Source: a virus
IMG/VR virus record: IMGVR_UViG_3300044838_000061
Coordinates: 10,483 to 74,482 of that record
Direction: 5' to 3' (one strand)
DNA length: 64,000 nucleotides
Below, in pieces: positions 53,989 to 63,539 of this stretch. A program made the position numbers and the translations under genes. Under the pieces are notes generated by a model. It was not told the origin of the DNA and made no database searches. It was given only the letters and a program-made list of their open reading frames with translations. Every line of letters starts with the position of its first letter. The stretch's first letter is position 1.

Positions 53989-55598
53989 GCCGTAATCTCC
54001 TCTCTCTTAGCTAGCTGCGCCGCGGCGTACTCGATCCGGACGCGAGCTATCCGGCAATAGCCCTCGTCCTGCTCCACACCGACGAAGCGGAAGCCTTCAA
54101 GCACGACTGCGACCCCAGTCGTACCGGAGCCAGCGAATGGGTCTAGGACTAAGCCACCGGGGGGGGTCACTAACCGCACAAGCCAGCGCATCAGCGCGAC
54201 TGGTTTCACCGTCGGGTGGTTATTCGGCTTCGGTCCCGGAGCGTTGCCGTCTCTCCTGGTGACGTGCTGACCGCTCGTCTCGCTGACCATTCCGCTCGGC
54301 AACAGCGGCAGGTGATCCAACCCGTCGTTGCGCTCCTTCGAGGACGCCTTAGAGCAGTAAAAGAAACGACTCGCGCCGCCAGAGTCTCCGTACGACTGCC
54401 ACGCTGGTCTACGGCGACCGTCCCCGTAGACCTCGCCGGAGAAGCTCTTCGACGGCTCCTCGCCGGACAGATCGCCGCCACCCTTGAGCTTGACCGTCTG
54501 CTCGTCTAGTAGACGAACCGGACAGTCCGAGTGACACTCGAAGACTTCCACCTCCGCATCTCCGTAAACCGGCGCGTTCGGCTCGCCGGAGCCGAGGCTG
54601 GAACCGACGTCCACGAATCCCGAGTCTCGCTTCCCGTCACCGACCTGACGCGGATCACCCTTGACGACCCTAGTACCAACCGACTCGCAGTCGGGGTGAT
54701 GGGTCAGGGCGACGTTCGCGGGCCAGCGTCCCCCGTCGTTGGACGCCTGGAACTCAGTACGCTCGCGGCTATTCTGCGTGCTCCCAGCCAACGCACCAGA
54801 CTTCGCCGTGACACGCCCTTGTGGGATCGCAGAGGCTTGATCTGCAACACTCTGATAGCCGAGACGGCAACCGTCGATGTTCAACGCCCCGGTTCCGTGC
54901 CTTAGGACGTTTGCCGCGACGTTCTTCTCGCCCAGTGGCTTTCGCGCGACGATGATCGGCTCGTACGCTGGCTTGAGAGCGGTCCCAAACCCGCTCCAAA
55001 CCTGAGCCTCAGGAACTAGCTCACGTTCTTCCTGCTCACCCTCGCCGACCATGAACTGTCCCGGCCCAGCCCCGAATCCCTGACCTTTATCGCCCGCTGT
55101 CCGTTTCCCTTCCGTCAGCTGTGTCTTGTACTTACCGTGGTTGGCGCTCGTCGGGTCGGAACTACCCTGCGGAACGCCACGCGCGGCCTTGTCGATGGCC
55201 TTCGCCACATTCAGACTTTTCGGAAATCCGCTGCCGTAAATCCATGCAACGCAGTCCCGCTCCTCAAACCCGGCGAATCGGATCGAGACGCCCATCAAGT
55301 CTGCGGTGCGAGTCCCGGCGAAGACGAGCATGTGACCGCCGGGCTTCAGTACGCGAAAGCACTCGCGCCACGCCGACGGACCGGGCACGAAACTGTCCCA
55401 GGACTTCCCCATGAAGCCTCCGCCGCGATGCTCATAGTCGTCACCAGCTAACCAGTGACGAAGAACCTCCTCAATGTCCGGCTCGGAACCCAAGCCGTAA
55501 GGCGGGTCGCAGACGACCGCGTCGACCGAGCTCTCGTCCATCCCGCGCATGACCTCGATGCAGTCGCCCTCGATCACGAGACGGTCGAGGAGGCTCAT
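53985..55598 (-). CDS. N4/N6 DNA methyltransferase (beta class)
   Basis: GDC, DPPY, HPTVKP and LDPFAGSGTT. Confidence 0.92.
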   Translation of the reverse strand: MSLLDRLVIEGDCIEVMRGMDESSVDAVVCDPPYGLGSEPDIEEVLRHWLAGDDYEHRGGGFMGKSWDSFVPGPSAWRECFRVLKPGGHMLVFAGTRTADLMGVSIRFAGFEERDCVAWIYGSGFPKSLNVAKAIDKAARGVPQGSSDPTSANHGKYKTQLTEGKRTAGDKGQGFGAGPGQFMVGEGEQEERELVPEAQVWSGFGTALKPAYEPIIVARKPLGEKNVAANVLRHGTGALNIDGCRLGYQSVADQASAIPQGRVTAKSGALAGSTQNSRERTEFQASNDGGRWPANVALTHHPDCESVGTRVVKGDPRQVGDGKRDSGFVDVGSSLGSGEPNAPVYGDAEVEVFECHSDCPVRLLDEQTVKLKGGGDLSGEEPSKSFSGEVYGDGRRRPAWQSYGDSGGASRFFYCSKASSKERNDGLDHLPLLPSGMVSETSGQHVTRRDGNAPGPKPNNHPTVKPVALMRWLVRLVTPPGGLVLDPFAGSGTTGVAVVLEGFRFVGVEQDEGYCRIARVRIEYAAAQLAKREEITA

Positions 55599-55803
55599 GA
55601 CGGAAACCGCGTTGGCATCGGCCGCGAACGGTCTAGCTCGTCCTCAAGGATCCCCACCTGACCGAGGATCGCTCTCTCGCCGGTCTCTAGATACAGGGCG
55701 CGAAGACGCGCGATCTCCTGACGCTGCAGCGTGTCGGCCCTCATCCTCGACGCACGACCGAGATGGTGCGCTCGCCTCCAACGTCGTCTCTCGCGGTGAG
55801 ACT

Positions 55804-56889
55804 TCACGCAGCCTCCTCTACAAGTAGCGCGTCCGCGACGTGCCACCTGTCAAGCACGGACGCGCGCTGTGCGTCGTAGTCGTAGTGACCTCGGACGTGC
55901 TCAGCGTGCTCAACTCCGTGGGACTCAGCGAGACTCGTCACCTTGCCGGTGTAGTCGGGCTTACACGCCTTCGCCTTCATTCCGCAAAAACGGCAAGGTG
56001 AGACGTTCCACTTCTTGCTCTGTCCCTCCAGTGGGTGCGGCGGAATCTCCCCGCGCTCGTAGTAGCCGCGCCACTCAGCGAGCCTCGCGCGACCGGCCGC
56101 CATGAACTCGGGGTCGTACTCGACGTAGTAGGAGACGGTGGTCAGCGGATCGTCGCGCGAGCTGTAGATCAGCGTGCCGTCGTCGGGGGGGGCGAGCCTG
56201 AGACCGACGACCTCGCACTCGAAGGAGCGGTGGACGGGGCAGAACCTCATCCCCATCGGAAACTCGCGCGTGATCGCCCAGGAGTCCTTACACAAGGTCA
56301 CCTCCGGCGCGAACGGCTGCTCGTGCGTGAGGGCGATGTAAGTCTTGAGCTGGCGGAGGTACTTCTGATGCGAGAACGGCGTGTCGTCACGGTTCGCCTT
56401 CATCGCGGAAATCTTGTCCGCCCCCGTAGTCTTGACCTCACAACAATGTGATTTACGCCAGAACGGCGGCAGGATGATCGCGTCCGAGGCGCCAGACAGC
56501 CAGTGCTCGGAGTCGAGGAAGACCGTCTGGTAGTCGTCCCCCACCGCCGGCGACTTGCTGAGGAGCACGCCCTCGGCGTGAAGACGACGGACCCAGTGGT
56601 GCTCCAGGTCGGATCCGTAGTCGAACAGCGTGGAGAGGAACGGCTCGCGCGGCTTGTCGTCGGGGAGGTCCATCAGCCCGTAGAGCGCCAGTCGGCCGCA
56701 GGCGAGCGGATCGTCGCCGGGGAAGCTCGAGGCGTGAAAACTGGTTGACCAACGATTCCCGTGCGGAGAGTCGTCGCCGTCCCCGTGCCACTCCCTCTCA
56801 GCCTCGCGCTGGTAGGCGCGGATCAGCAGTGGCTCGACGAGGCTGACCTCGACGTCTGCACCCCAGAGTGCGATCCTCGAGAGTCCGAT
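55804..56889 (-). CDS. Cas4-like PD-(D/E)XK exonuclease; start uncertain
   Basis: The frame stays open upstream of the track's ATG and includes FHASS...ACGRLALY; downstream motifs are D...EVK, QxxxY and CRFC...C. Confidence 0.75.
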   Translation of the reverse strand: MGLSRIALWGADVEVSLVEPLLIRAYQREAEREWHGDGDDSPHGNRWSTSFHASSFPGDDPLACGRLALYGLMDLPDDKPREPFLSTLFDYGSDLEHHWVRRLHAEGVLLSKSPAVGDDYQTVFLDSEHWLSGASDAIILPPFWRKSHCCEVKTTGADKISAMKANRDDTPFSHQKYLRQLKTYIALTHEQPFAPEVTLCKDSWAITREFPMGMRFCPVHRSFECEVVGLRLAPPDDGTLIYSSRDDPLTTVSYYVEYDPEFMAAGRARLAEWRGYYERGEIPPHPLEGQSKKWNVSPCRFCGMKAKACKPDYTGKVTSLAESHGVEHAEHVRGHYDYDAQRASVLDRWHVADALLVEEAA

Positions 56890-57211
56890 CCGTCAGCCCG
56901 CCGTCGCGAGTTGCTGGCCTCGCCTAGCACTCATACCCATACTAGGAAGTATAGCTAGTAGCTCGGCGCTATGCGGCGTCGTCGCGTCCGTGCCACACGA
57001 GGATATGCCGCGAGGTCCGTCGACACCCGTGCCGCAGCTTCAAGACGCTGCCGTCGGACGCGCGGTAGCGCAGTCGCACCCACATACTGCCGTCACGTCG
57101 ACGCCCAGAGAACCCCCGTCTGCGAGGCATGAAGTAGATGCTGAATCGAGCGCGAGGTTCCTTCCTGCTGCCCTCGCGAAGATGTACCGCGACCGGACCA
57201 AGTCTCATCGC

Positions 57212-59305
57212 TCACCAGCCGCCGAGCATCGCGCGACGGATCGTCGCGGCCAACTCGTCATCGGTCGTAATTTCTTCTCGTACCTTTCGTTCTCCTTGAA
57301 CCTTCTTCCCAGTTGGCAAGAGAAACCATGAGGACCGTTCGCCTGTCCGCTGCACGATCGACGGCCGCTTAGAGCGGTGCGACGGCTCCCCGTCGTGGTC
57401 GAAGAACGTCGCCGCGTCGAGTAGCTCGAAGGCCGTGTCGAACTGGAAGGTGTGAAGGTCGAGCCGCATCTTCGCGACACGGAAAGGTCTGCAAACGCGT
57501 GAGTTCCCGGTGAGTAGCCCATTACCAAGAACCCAAGTGTGGGTTTGCGGCTCGCTACAGCAGTAGACAGACTCAACTCGGTCAGCCCTCTCGACAGCGA
57601 CAACTCGGGCATATAGATCCATCTTTGGAGGTCCAGACACCCTTAGGTTGAATCTGTGTCCACGCTTGAGGACAAGTCGATCATCAATAACACCGACCGT
57701 CGTGAAGAACGAGCGCTTTCCCAATGGGAGCGTATAAATCGTCCTCTTGATCTCTCGCGGATATTTTGGATCGCCCCAACGTTTTGCAAGATGACCACCA
57801 GTCGTCATCATCGATGATGAGGTAATGCGGCCAGTCGAGAACCCCGCAGCCTGAGCAATCAACCGAACATCCTCCAGCACTACCTCATCGGCACAATAGA
57901 TATAGATTCCACCTTTCCGATTTACATGCCCATCCGCCTCTAACAATCCCGCAACAAAGCCCCGTAGATACGACTGCGGTTCGTCCAAAGAAGGAAGAGA
58001 TCGCCATTCAAGCGGCAAACCACCAACTCGATAGGCACCAGAGCTCTTGATTTCATGCGGAACCGTAAGCGAGTTGAAATGAGCATCTGGTCGTGGGATC
58101 GAAAAGAAACGGTCCATCACTTCTCGATCATCGGGGATGAACTGATCCAATCGAGCAGAACTAACCTGCGCGGTGCCGTCACCAAATGTCATCCCATGCC
58201 GAACCCCTTCTTCGTATTCTTCTTCGTCATATGCAAAGTCTCTGATCGGTTGATATGGGATACTCTTTCCAACTAAATCAACCGTAAGGCAGCGTTGCCG
58301 AACTCCATGATGACGAAGGCTCGTGACCCATTCGTGATTAGGAGTAGCTAACACCTCGTCACCCGTCGAGAATAAGACACGATAGAGCTCAGCTTCACCC
58401 TCGTAAGACCAGACAGCGGACCGATAGATCCCACCTTCAGACAACGTCAACACTTCGCCGTCCAAGTCCCTAGCTCTTACGAGGCCGTTGATCGTATGAA
58501 CCCACGTATCGCCTGAAACACACTTATTTACCCTGACGGTGACCTCGAAACCGTCGGCCTCCTTCTGCCCCGACGGCGACAGCCCCGCGTCCTCCTTGAT
58601 CTTCTCCGCCTTGTCGAGGCGCCCGTCGGGGTGGTAGTAGAGCCACGTCCCCTTGCGAAAGTGAAGGCTCATCGAGGAGGCGAACTCGACCTCTCCGCCG
58701 TCCTTCGCGTACTCGGACTTAGTCTGCATGTCCTGACCGGCGTGCGAGATCAAAACGATGACATGCTCGTCCTTGTCCATGCGCGCGTTGATCCGCTTGA
58801 TCGACTTCTTCCAGACCCGAGCGTCGAGAGCACGGAACCAGTCGCCCACGTCGGCGGCCAGTTCCTCGCGGGAGGTCGCGAAGCTGGTCGAGTCGACGAC
58901 GTGGACCTGAATGGAACGCATCATCAGCTCCATCTCCTCGGTCAGGTCCTCGATGGTGTTCACCTGCCCGATGAACAACTTCTTCGTGTCGATGCCCAGG
59001 TGGACCCGACAGTGGAGCTCGTCGAACTGCTTCTCGATGTTCCAATAGGCACACCCCATCTCCAATCTCTGGGCAGCGCGTACAATCTCCCAGCCGATAT
59101 GCGACTTGCTCGCACCTGGCATCCCCCAAAGTCTCGTGATCCGGCCCAGCGGGATTCCTCCTCCGGTGACCCGGTTCAACGCTGGAGAGTCGAGCACGAG
59201 ACGTCTTACCTCGGGCTGCTCGGAGCCACGGTGGAACGAGTCCGCGCCGTACTTCTTTCGGAGAACCTTCAGGTCTTCCTCGAGAAGTTCAGGATTGATC
59301 GGCAC
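57212..59305 (-). CDS. recA: RecA-like recombinase precursor with an intein
   Basis: LNRVTGGGIPLGRIT, GMPGASKS, IEKQFD, VVDS, GG..F..S and VRVNK|SRVCRPFR. Confidence 0.88.
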   Translation of the reverse strand: MPINPELLEEDLKVLRKKYGADSFHRGSEQPEVRRLVLDSPALNRVTGGGIPLGRITRLWGMPGASKSHIGWEIVRAAQRLEMGCAYWNIEKQFDELHCRVHLGIDTKKLFIGQVNTIEDLTEEMELMMRSIQVHVVDSTSFATSREELAADVGDWFRALDARVWKKSIKRINARMDKDEHVIVLISHAGQDMQTKSEYAKDGGEVEFASSMSLHFRKGTWLYYHPDGRLDKAEKIKEDAGLSPSGQKEADGFEVTVRVNKCVSGDTWVHTINGLVRARDLDGEVLTLSEGGIYRSAVWSYEGEAELYRVLFSTGDEVLATPNHEWVTSLRHHGVRQRCLTVDLVGKSIPYQPIRDFAYDEEEYEEGVRHGMTFGDGTAQVSSARLDQFIPDDREVMDRFFSIPRPDAHFNSLTVPHEIKSSGAYRVGGLPLEWRSLPSLDEPQSYLRGFVAGLLEADGHVNRKGGIYIYCADEVVLEDVRLIAQAAGFSTGRITSSSMMTTGGHLAKRWGDPKYPREIKRTIYTLPLGKRSFFTTVGVIDDRLVLKRGHRFNLRVSGPPKMDLYARVVAVERADRVESVYCCSEPQTHTWVLGNGLLTGNSRVCRPFRVAKMRLDLHTFQFDTAFELLDAATFFDHDGEPSHRSKRPSIVQRTGERSSWFLLPTGKKVQGERKVREEITTDDELAATIRRAMLGGW
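57503..58522 (-). mobile_element. Class 1 intein (340 aa) with LAGLIDADG endonuclease
   Basis: CVSGDTWV..., ATPNHEW, GMTFGDG, FVAGLLEADG, VYCCSEPQTHTWVLGNGLLTGN|S; low GC. Confidence 0.93.
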
Positions 59306-59603
59306 GATTCTTCCTCTGATCGCGACGACACCACTTCCAGTACGAGGCGTCGAACCAGAAGCCCTCGAGCGTCACCAGGTCAGTCGGCCAAATCCGTTCT
59401 CCAACCCGGATCACGATGTCAGGCAACCACGACGCCGCGCGCATCAAGCGATGACGTGCCCGATACCGTCGAGTCATCTTGAAGACATAACGATCAACGC
59501 TTATGTCCTGATTCGTGCAGTCACCGCAGATCAGTCCGCCATGCAACGCGCGCCCACCGTCCTCTAACACCGCCCCTCCGCACTCAACACAGTGACGCCT
59601 CAC
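59289..59603 (-). CDS. Zinc-finger hypothetical protein
   Basis: CVEC...CGDC. Confidence 0.45.
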   Translation of the reverse strand: MRRHCVECGGAVLEDGGRALHGGLICGDCTNQDISVDRYVFKMTRRYRARHRLMRAASWLPDIVIRVGERIWPTDLVTLEGFWFDASYWKWCRRDQRKNRADQS

Positions 59604-60016
59604 ACCGACTTCTCCAGGACCTTGACGTAGAGAGGGAGCGCACGCAGAAACTCAAGCGGATCAGTCTCCTCTAGCCGACACGCCTCCTCCTCGATCGAGT
59701 CGTGGGCCGCCTCACCGCCGTCGTGTCTATCTAGGTCGATCCACGCGCAGATAGACGCGGCCTTGTGGATCATCACGGCACGCTTCTCCAACCACCGCAC
59801 GAGGTTCTGCGCGTGACTCTTGCCTATCTTTGAGACCCTAATCGTCTCGCCCTCTCGCGTCGTCCAAACCTTGTTCTGGCGACAACGACTCAGCAACGAG
59901 ACTCCCACCGGAAGCCAGGGATAGAGCTCAAGCATCAACTCGATCATGGGGTCCTCGACCCGCGGAAGGTCACGTGTACCGACATAACGACCACCCTGAT
60001 AAATCTCGGTCTTCAC
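59600..60016 (-). CDS. Hypothetical protein
   Basis: GTGA-coupled to dnaE; WTTREG...HAQNL motif. Confidence 0.55.
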   Translation of the reverse strand: MKTEIYQGGRYVGTRDLPRVEDPMIELMLELYPWLPVGVSLLSRCRQNKVWTTREGETIRVSKIGKSHAQNLVRWLEKRAVMIHKAASICAWIDLDRHDGGEAAHDSIEEEACRLEETDPLEFLRALPLYVKVLEKSV

Positions 60017-63000
60017 GCCGCGACCGCCTGCGGAGACTTGACCTCGACTAGGAATTCCGCCATCGGCATCGCACCCGTCACGATGATCTTCGCGTTCTCG
60101 TCGACGCGACCACGAACCATGAGCGGCTCGCCGGACTCGACCAGCTCGCGACAGGAGTCCCAGGAGTCGGGGAACAGAGTGAGCGACCACTCGTCGAGGT
60201 CGAGCGAGAGCTTCGCGAACGCCATCTCGCGCCCCGTCTGCTTGCCGCGCTTCACCCTCGTCTTGCGTAGGTCGGAAGTGAACCCTCCTACGACTACCTT
60301 CTCGCCCTCGCGCGCCTCGAACACCTCCTGCTCGGAGTGGATGTTTTCGCGTACGAGCTCGGAATCGTCAGCTCCGAGGATCCCTCCCGGCTCGAGGGTG
60401 ATGCCCAGCAGCTCGCTCTCGCACCTGGCGCGCAAGCCAGAGTCCCAGAGCACGAGTTCGCCGGCGTCCGAGATCCACGCGACCTGACCGTCGTTTCGCG
60501 CGCCGAATCGGTCCAACGCGCCGACCTTGGTCAGGATCTCCCGCGCCTTCTTGTTGACCTTGCTGTACTTACGCGAGCTGCGCTGGGTGAAGTCGTGCAG
60601 GCCCTCGAACGGCCGATCCTCGACGACCTGCTTAGCGACGGCCTCCCCGATCCCCTTGATCCCGCGCAAGCCGTAGCGCACGGCCTCGACCTCGTGGTCC
60701 ACGGTGAACCCGTCCCCCGAGACGTTCACGTCCGGAGGCAGCACCGACACGTCGAACGCGCGGGCCTCGCGCAGGATGAGCTGCGCCTTCTTCTCCTCCA
60801 TCGTCAAGAGCACCGCGTAGAAGAACAGCGGGTAGTGCTGCTTCAGCCACGCGTCCTGATACGACTGGATCATGTAGGACCCGGCGTGAGGACGATTGAA
60901 TGAGTAAGCAGTGAACGGAAGGATCTCCTCCCACAATCGCTGCGCCCACTCGTCTCCGAGCTTCTCCGTCGCTCCGTCGATAAAACGCGTCTTGTGCTCA
61001 GCGAGCTTCTGCTCAGCGAGGTCTCCCTTGTCACGGTAGAGCTTCGCGATGATCTTTCGGATGTCATCAGCCTGACCGGGCGTGTATCCGACCAGCACCT
61101 CGAATAACGACATCACCTGCTCTTGGAACGAGATCGTGAAATAGGTATCCTCCAAGATCGGACGCAGAATCTCGGGGTAATCGGCCCTCTCCTCACCGCG
61201 CTTACGTTTGACGAAGCGATTGTGTGCGCCGGATCCAAGCGGCCCCGGCCGATAGAGAGCATTTACCGCAGTCAGATCGACAATGTTCTCCGGTCCAGCG
61301 CGACGCAAGAAGTCACTGATCCCATCTCCCTGCAACTGATTCACGCCGAGCATCGTCCCTTCTCGGAAACGACACATAACATCGTCTTCCACGTCGTACG
61401 GGTCATTGAGGGGAGGAAGAGAATCGAGTTCTATCTGTTCGCCCGCGTACTCGGCGATCATGTCCACGATCATCTGCTGCTGGTCCATCCCCTTCAACGC
61501 AAGGAAGTCTGCCTTGACAATCCCTAGTTCCTCTTGGATCGAGATGCGAGTCGTCTCCGCCCATGCCGTCCGCTGTCCAACCTCCTCCTCGCTAGCGCGG
61601 ATCGTTGGAATGAAATCAGTCACGTCCCCCGGCAACACCGCAACCGCCCCGGCATGCTTACTCAGTCGAAGAACGGACGGATCGCCCGCGTTCTCGAGCC
61701 GTCGGGCGTGTTCCCACGCGTCCGGCCAACGCGTCGCCCAAGAGTCAAGCTCCGATTCTCGTTCACGCAACACAACAAGATTGGTGTCGTGGACCGGGTC
61801 GATGACGCCCGTGTCCTCGTGCGTGAGTCGCGCGACCTCCTTGAACGCCTGGTGGTCGTAGCCGTAGATCGTCTTCGTGACGTTCAACAACGCGGCGCGC
61901 GGCTGCCACGTCTGCTGAGAGACCACGTCGGCCACAGAGTCACGGCCGTACTTACGCGCGACATACTCCTTCAGTAACCCACGACAACTCGACGCCACGT
62001 CGATGTCAATATCAGGAATCGAACGTCGTTCAGGGTTCATGAACCTCTCAAACTTGAACTTATGAGTGATCGGGTCGATCATCGTGATCCGACTCGCTCG
62101 GCAGATCAGGCTTGCGGCGGCGCTCCCTCGGCCACTGTTCAGACGAATCGGACTCTTCGAGGCCGGATCTGGGTCGTCAACAGTCTTCGGCAGGGGGTCA
62201 GTCGAGCGTGCCCAACGCACCACATCTCCCACGAAGTACAAAAGCGGCCAGGCCCGCTGTGCGTCAACAACCTCGATCTCGTACCGCAGACGCTCCTCAT
62301 AGACCTGGTCGTTCTCTCTTCCCATCTCACGTAATCCCTCACAACACCAGCCCAAAACAACCTCGCGCTGGTTTTCCCCCCTCGCCGCACGCGGCATCTT
62401 GAGAGAGCGGTCCATGAGGTACGGCTCAACCCCGAGGAGCAACTCGTCAGTGTTGCGGATCGCCTCGTCCACGGCCTCCGCGGGAAGGTCGGGGTGGTGA
62501 CGCGCGTACATCTCGCGATCCTCCTCCTCGCCAGAGAGGTGCAGTCCGTCGTGCCAGAGCTCGTAGACCTCGTCGCCGGCCTCGATCCGCTTGCGGTTGA
62601 CCTCCTCCGCCTGCGCGAACGTCTGGTTGATACCCGTGAGGATCGCTACTTTCTGCGTGTCCACCCAGCCCGGCTCGGGATAGTGCGAGTCTTTCTCGTG
62701 GAGCAACTTCCCCCCGTACTCTCGGGCGAGGGACACAATCGCCAAATTGACCTCGCGCTGCCGGTCGATGTCGTGGGGCATGATCGAGAAGTAGAGGTCG
62801 TCGCCGTGGATTTTCTGCGCGCGCTCGATCCAATCGCGCACCTCGCGGTCGGTGCCGTTCTCAATCAGGTACGGAAGCGGCCCGAGAATGCAGGACGTCG
62901 TGCAGATCAACCCCTCCCCGTAGCGCTCCATGAGATCCCAGTCCGCACACGGTGACTGGTAGAACCCATCACCGTGTGCCGCGGACGTAATCCTGATGAG

Positions 63001-63291
63001 GTTGTGCCACCCGCGCAGATTCTTCGCGATCAGGATGAGGTGCCATCTCTTGAACCTCTGCTCCTTCTCGCGAACGAGCCGGTCGGGGCGCCAGTAGACC
63101 TCACTACCGACGACCGGGATTAGCCCGCGCTTCTCACAGGCTTTCCGGTGCGCTAGGGCTCCGTTGATGTGCCCGTGATCTGAAATCCCGAGTGCTGCGT
63201 GTCCGAGACGAACGGCGACCTCCGCGCGGTGGTCGCAGGACCCGACTCCGTCGAGCTGCGAGAAGCTCGAGTGAGCGTGTAGATGGATCAC
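60013..63291 (-). CDS. dnaE: DNA polymerase III alpha subunit
   Basis: PHP motif HLHAHSSFSQLDG, SDHG, GRGSAA, FERF, PDIDID, KHAGAV, YRPGP, QEQVM, PPDVN and a C-terminal OB fold. Confidence 0.95.
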   Translation of the reverse strand: MIHLHAHSSFSQLDGVGSCDHRAEVAVRLGHAALGISDHGHINGALAHRKACEKRGLIPVVGSEVYWRPDRLVREKEQRFKRWHLILIAKNLRGWHNLIRITSAAHGDGFYQSPCADWDLMERYGEGLICTTSCILGPLPYLIENGTDREVRDWIERAQKIHGDDLYFSIMPHDIDRQREVNLAIVSLAREYGGKLLHEKDSHYPEPGWVDTQKVAILTGINQTFAQAEEVNRKRIEAGDEVYELWHDGLHLSGEEEDREMYARHHPDLPAEAVDEAIRNTDELLLGVEPYLMDRSLKMPRAARGENQREVVLGWCCEGLREMGRENDQVYEERLRYEIEVVDAQRAWPLLYFVGDVVRWARSTDPLPKTVDDPDPASKSPIRLNSGRGSAAASLICRASRITMIDPITHKFKFERFMNPERRSIPDIDIDVASSCRGLLKEYVARKYGRDSVADVVSQQTWQPRAALLNVTKTIYGYDHQAFKEVARLTHEDTGVIDPVHDTNLVVLRERESELDSWATRWPDAWEHARRLENAGDPSVLRLSKHAGAVAVLPGDVTDFIPTIRASEEEVGQRTAWAETTRISIQEELGIVKADFLALKGMDQQQMIVDMIAEYAGEQIELDSLPPLNDPYDVEDDVMCRFREGTMLGVNQLQGDGISDFLRRAGPENIVDLTAVNALYRPGPLGSGAHNRFVKRKRGEERADYPEILRPILEDTYFTISFQEQVMSLFEVLVGYTPGQADDIRKIIAKLYRDKGDLAEQKLAEHKTRFIDGATEKLGDEWAQRLWEEILPFTAYSFNRPHAGSYMIQSYQDAWLKQHYPLFFYAVLLTMEEKKAQLILREARAFDVSVLPPDVNVSGDGFTVDHEVEAVRYGLRGIKGIGEAVAKQVVEDRPFEGLHDFTQRSSRKYSKVNKKAREILTKVGALDRFGARNDGQVAWISDAGELVLWDSGLRARCESELLGITLEPGGILGADDSELVRENIHSEQEVFEAREGEKVVVGGFTSDLRKTRVKRGKQTGREMAFAKLSLDLDEWSLTLFPDSWDSCRELVESGEPLMVRGRVDENAKIIVTGAMPMAEFLVEVKSPQAVAA

Positions 63292-63539
63292 TACGACGAA
63301 ATGACCTCGGCGCAGACGGACACCTTCCCGCTCGGCACCGAGACCTCCGCGACAACCTGCTCGGCGCGCTTGAACTCCTCGTCTGGTACGTCGAGCACAA
63401 GCGCGAATGCCGTCGTCGGCAACACCCTGTCACGTGAGTCGTATAGCGGGGACAAGTTTGGCTCCGAGCTGGCGACGACCTTGAATGGTCGCCGCCCACG
63501 CGAGTTCTTGGCGACGCGTAGGTGAACCTTGACCTTCAC
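63291..63539 (-). CDS. Hypothetical protein
   Basis: Coupled between the pentapeptide gene and dnaE. Confidence 0.6.
   Translation of the reverse strand: MKVKVHLRVAKNSRGRRPFKVVASSEPNLSPLYDSRDRVLPTTAFALVLDVPDEEFKRAEQVVAEVSVPSGKVSVCAEVISS

Noticed and set aside
56850-56895. Selenocysteine UGA with a SECIS element
   Set aside because: The TGA is not at a conserved Cys position, and the downstream hairpin is weak.
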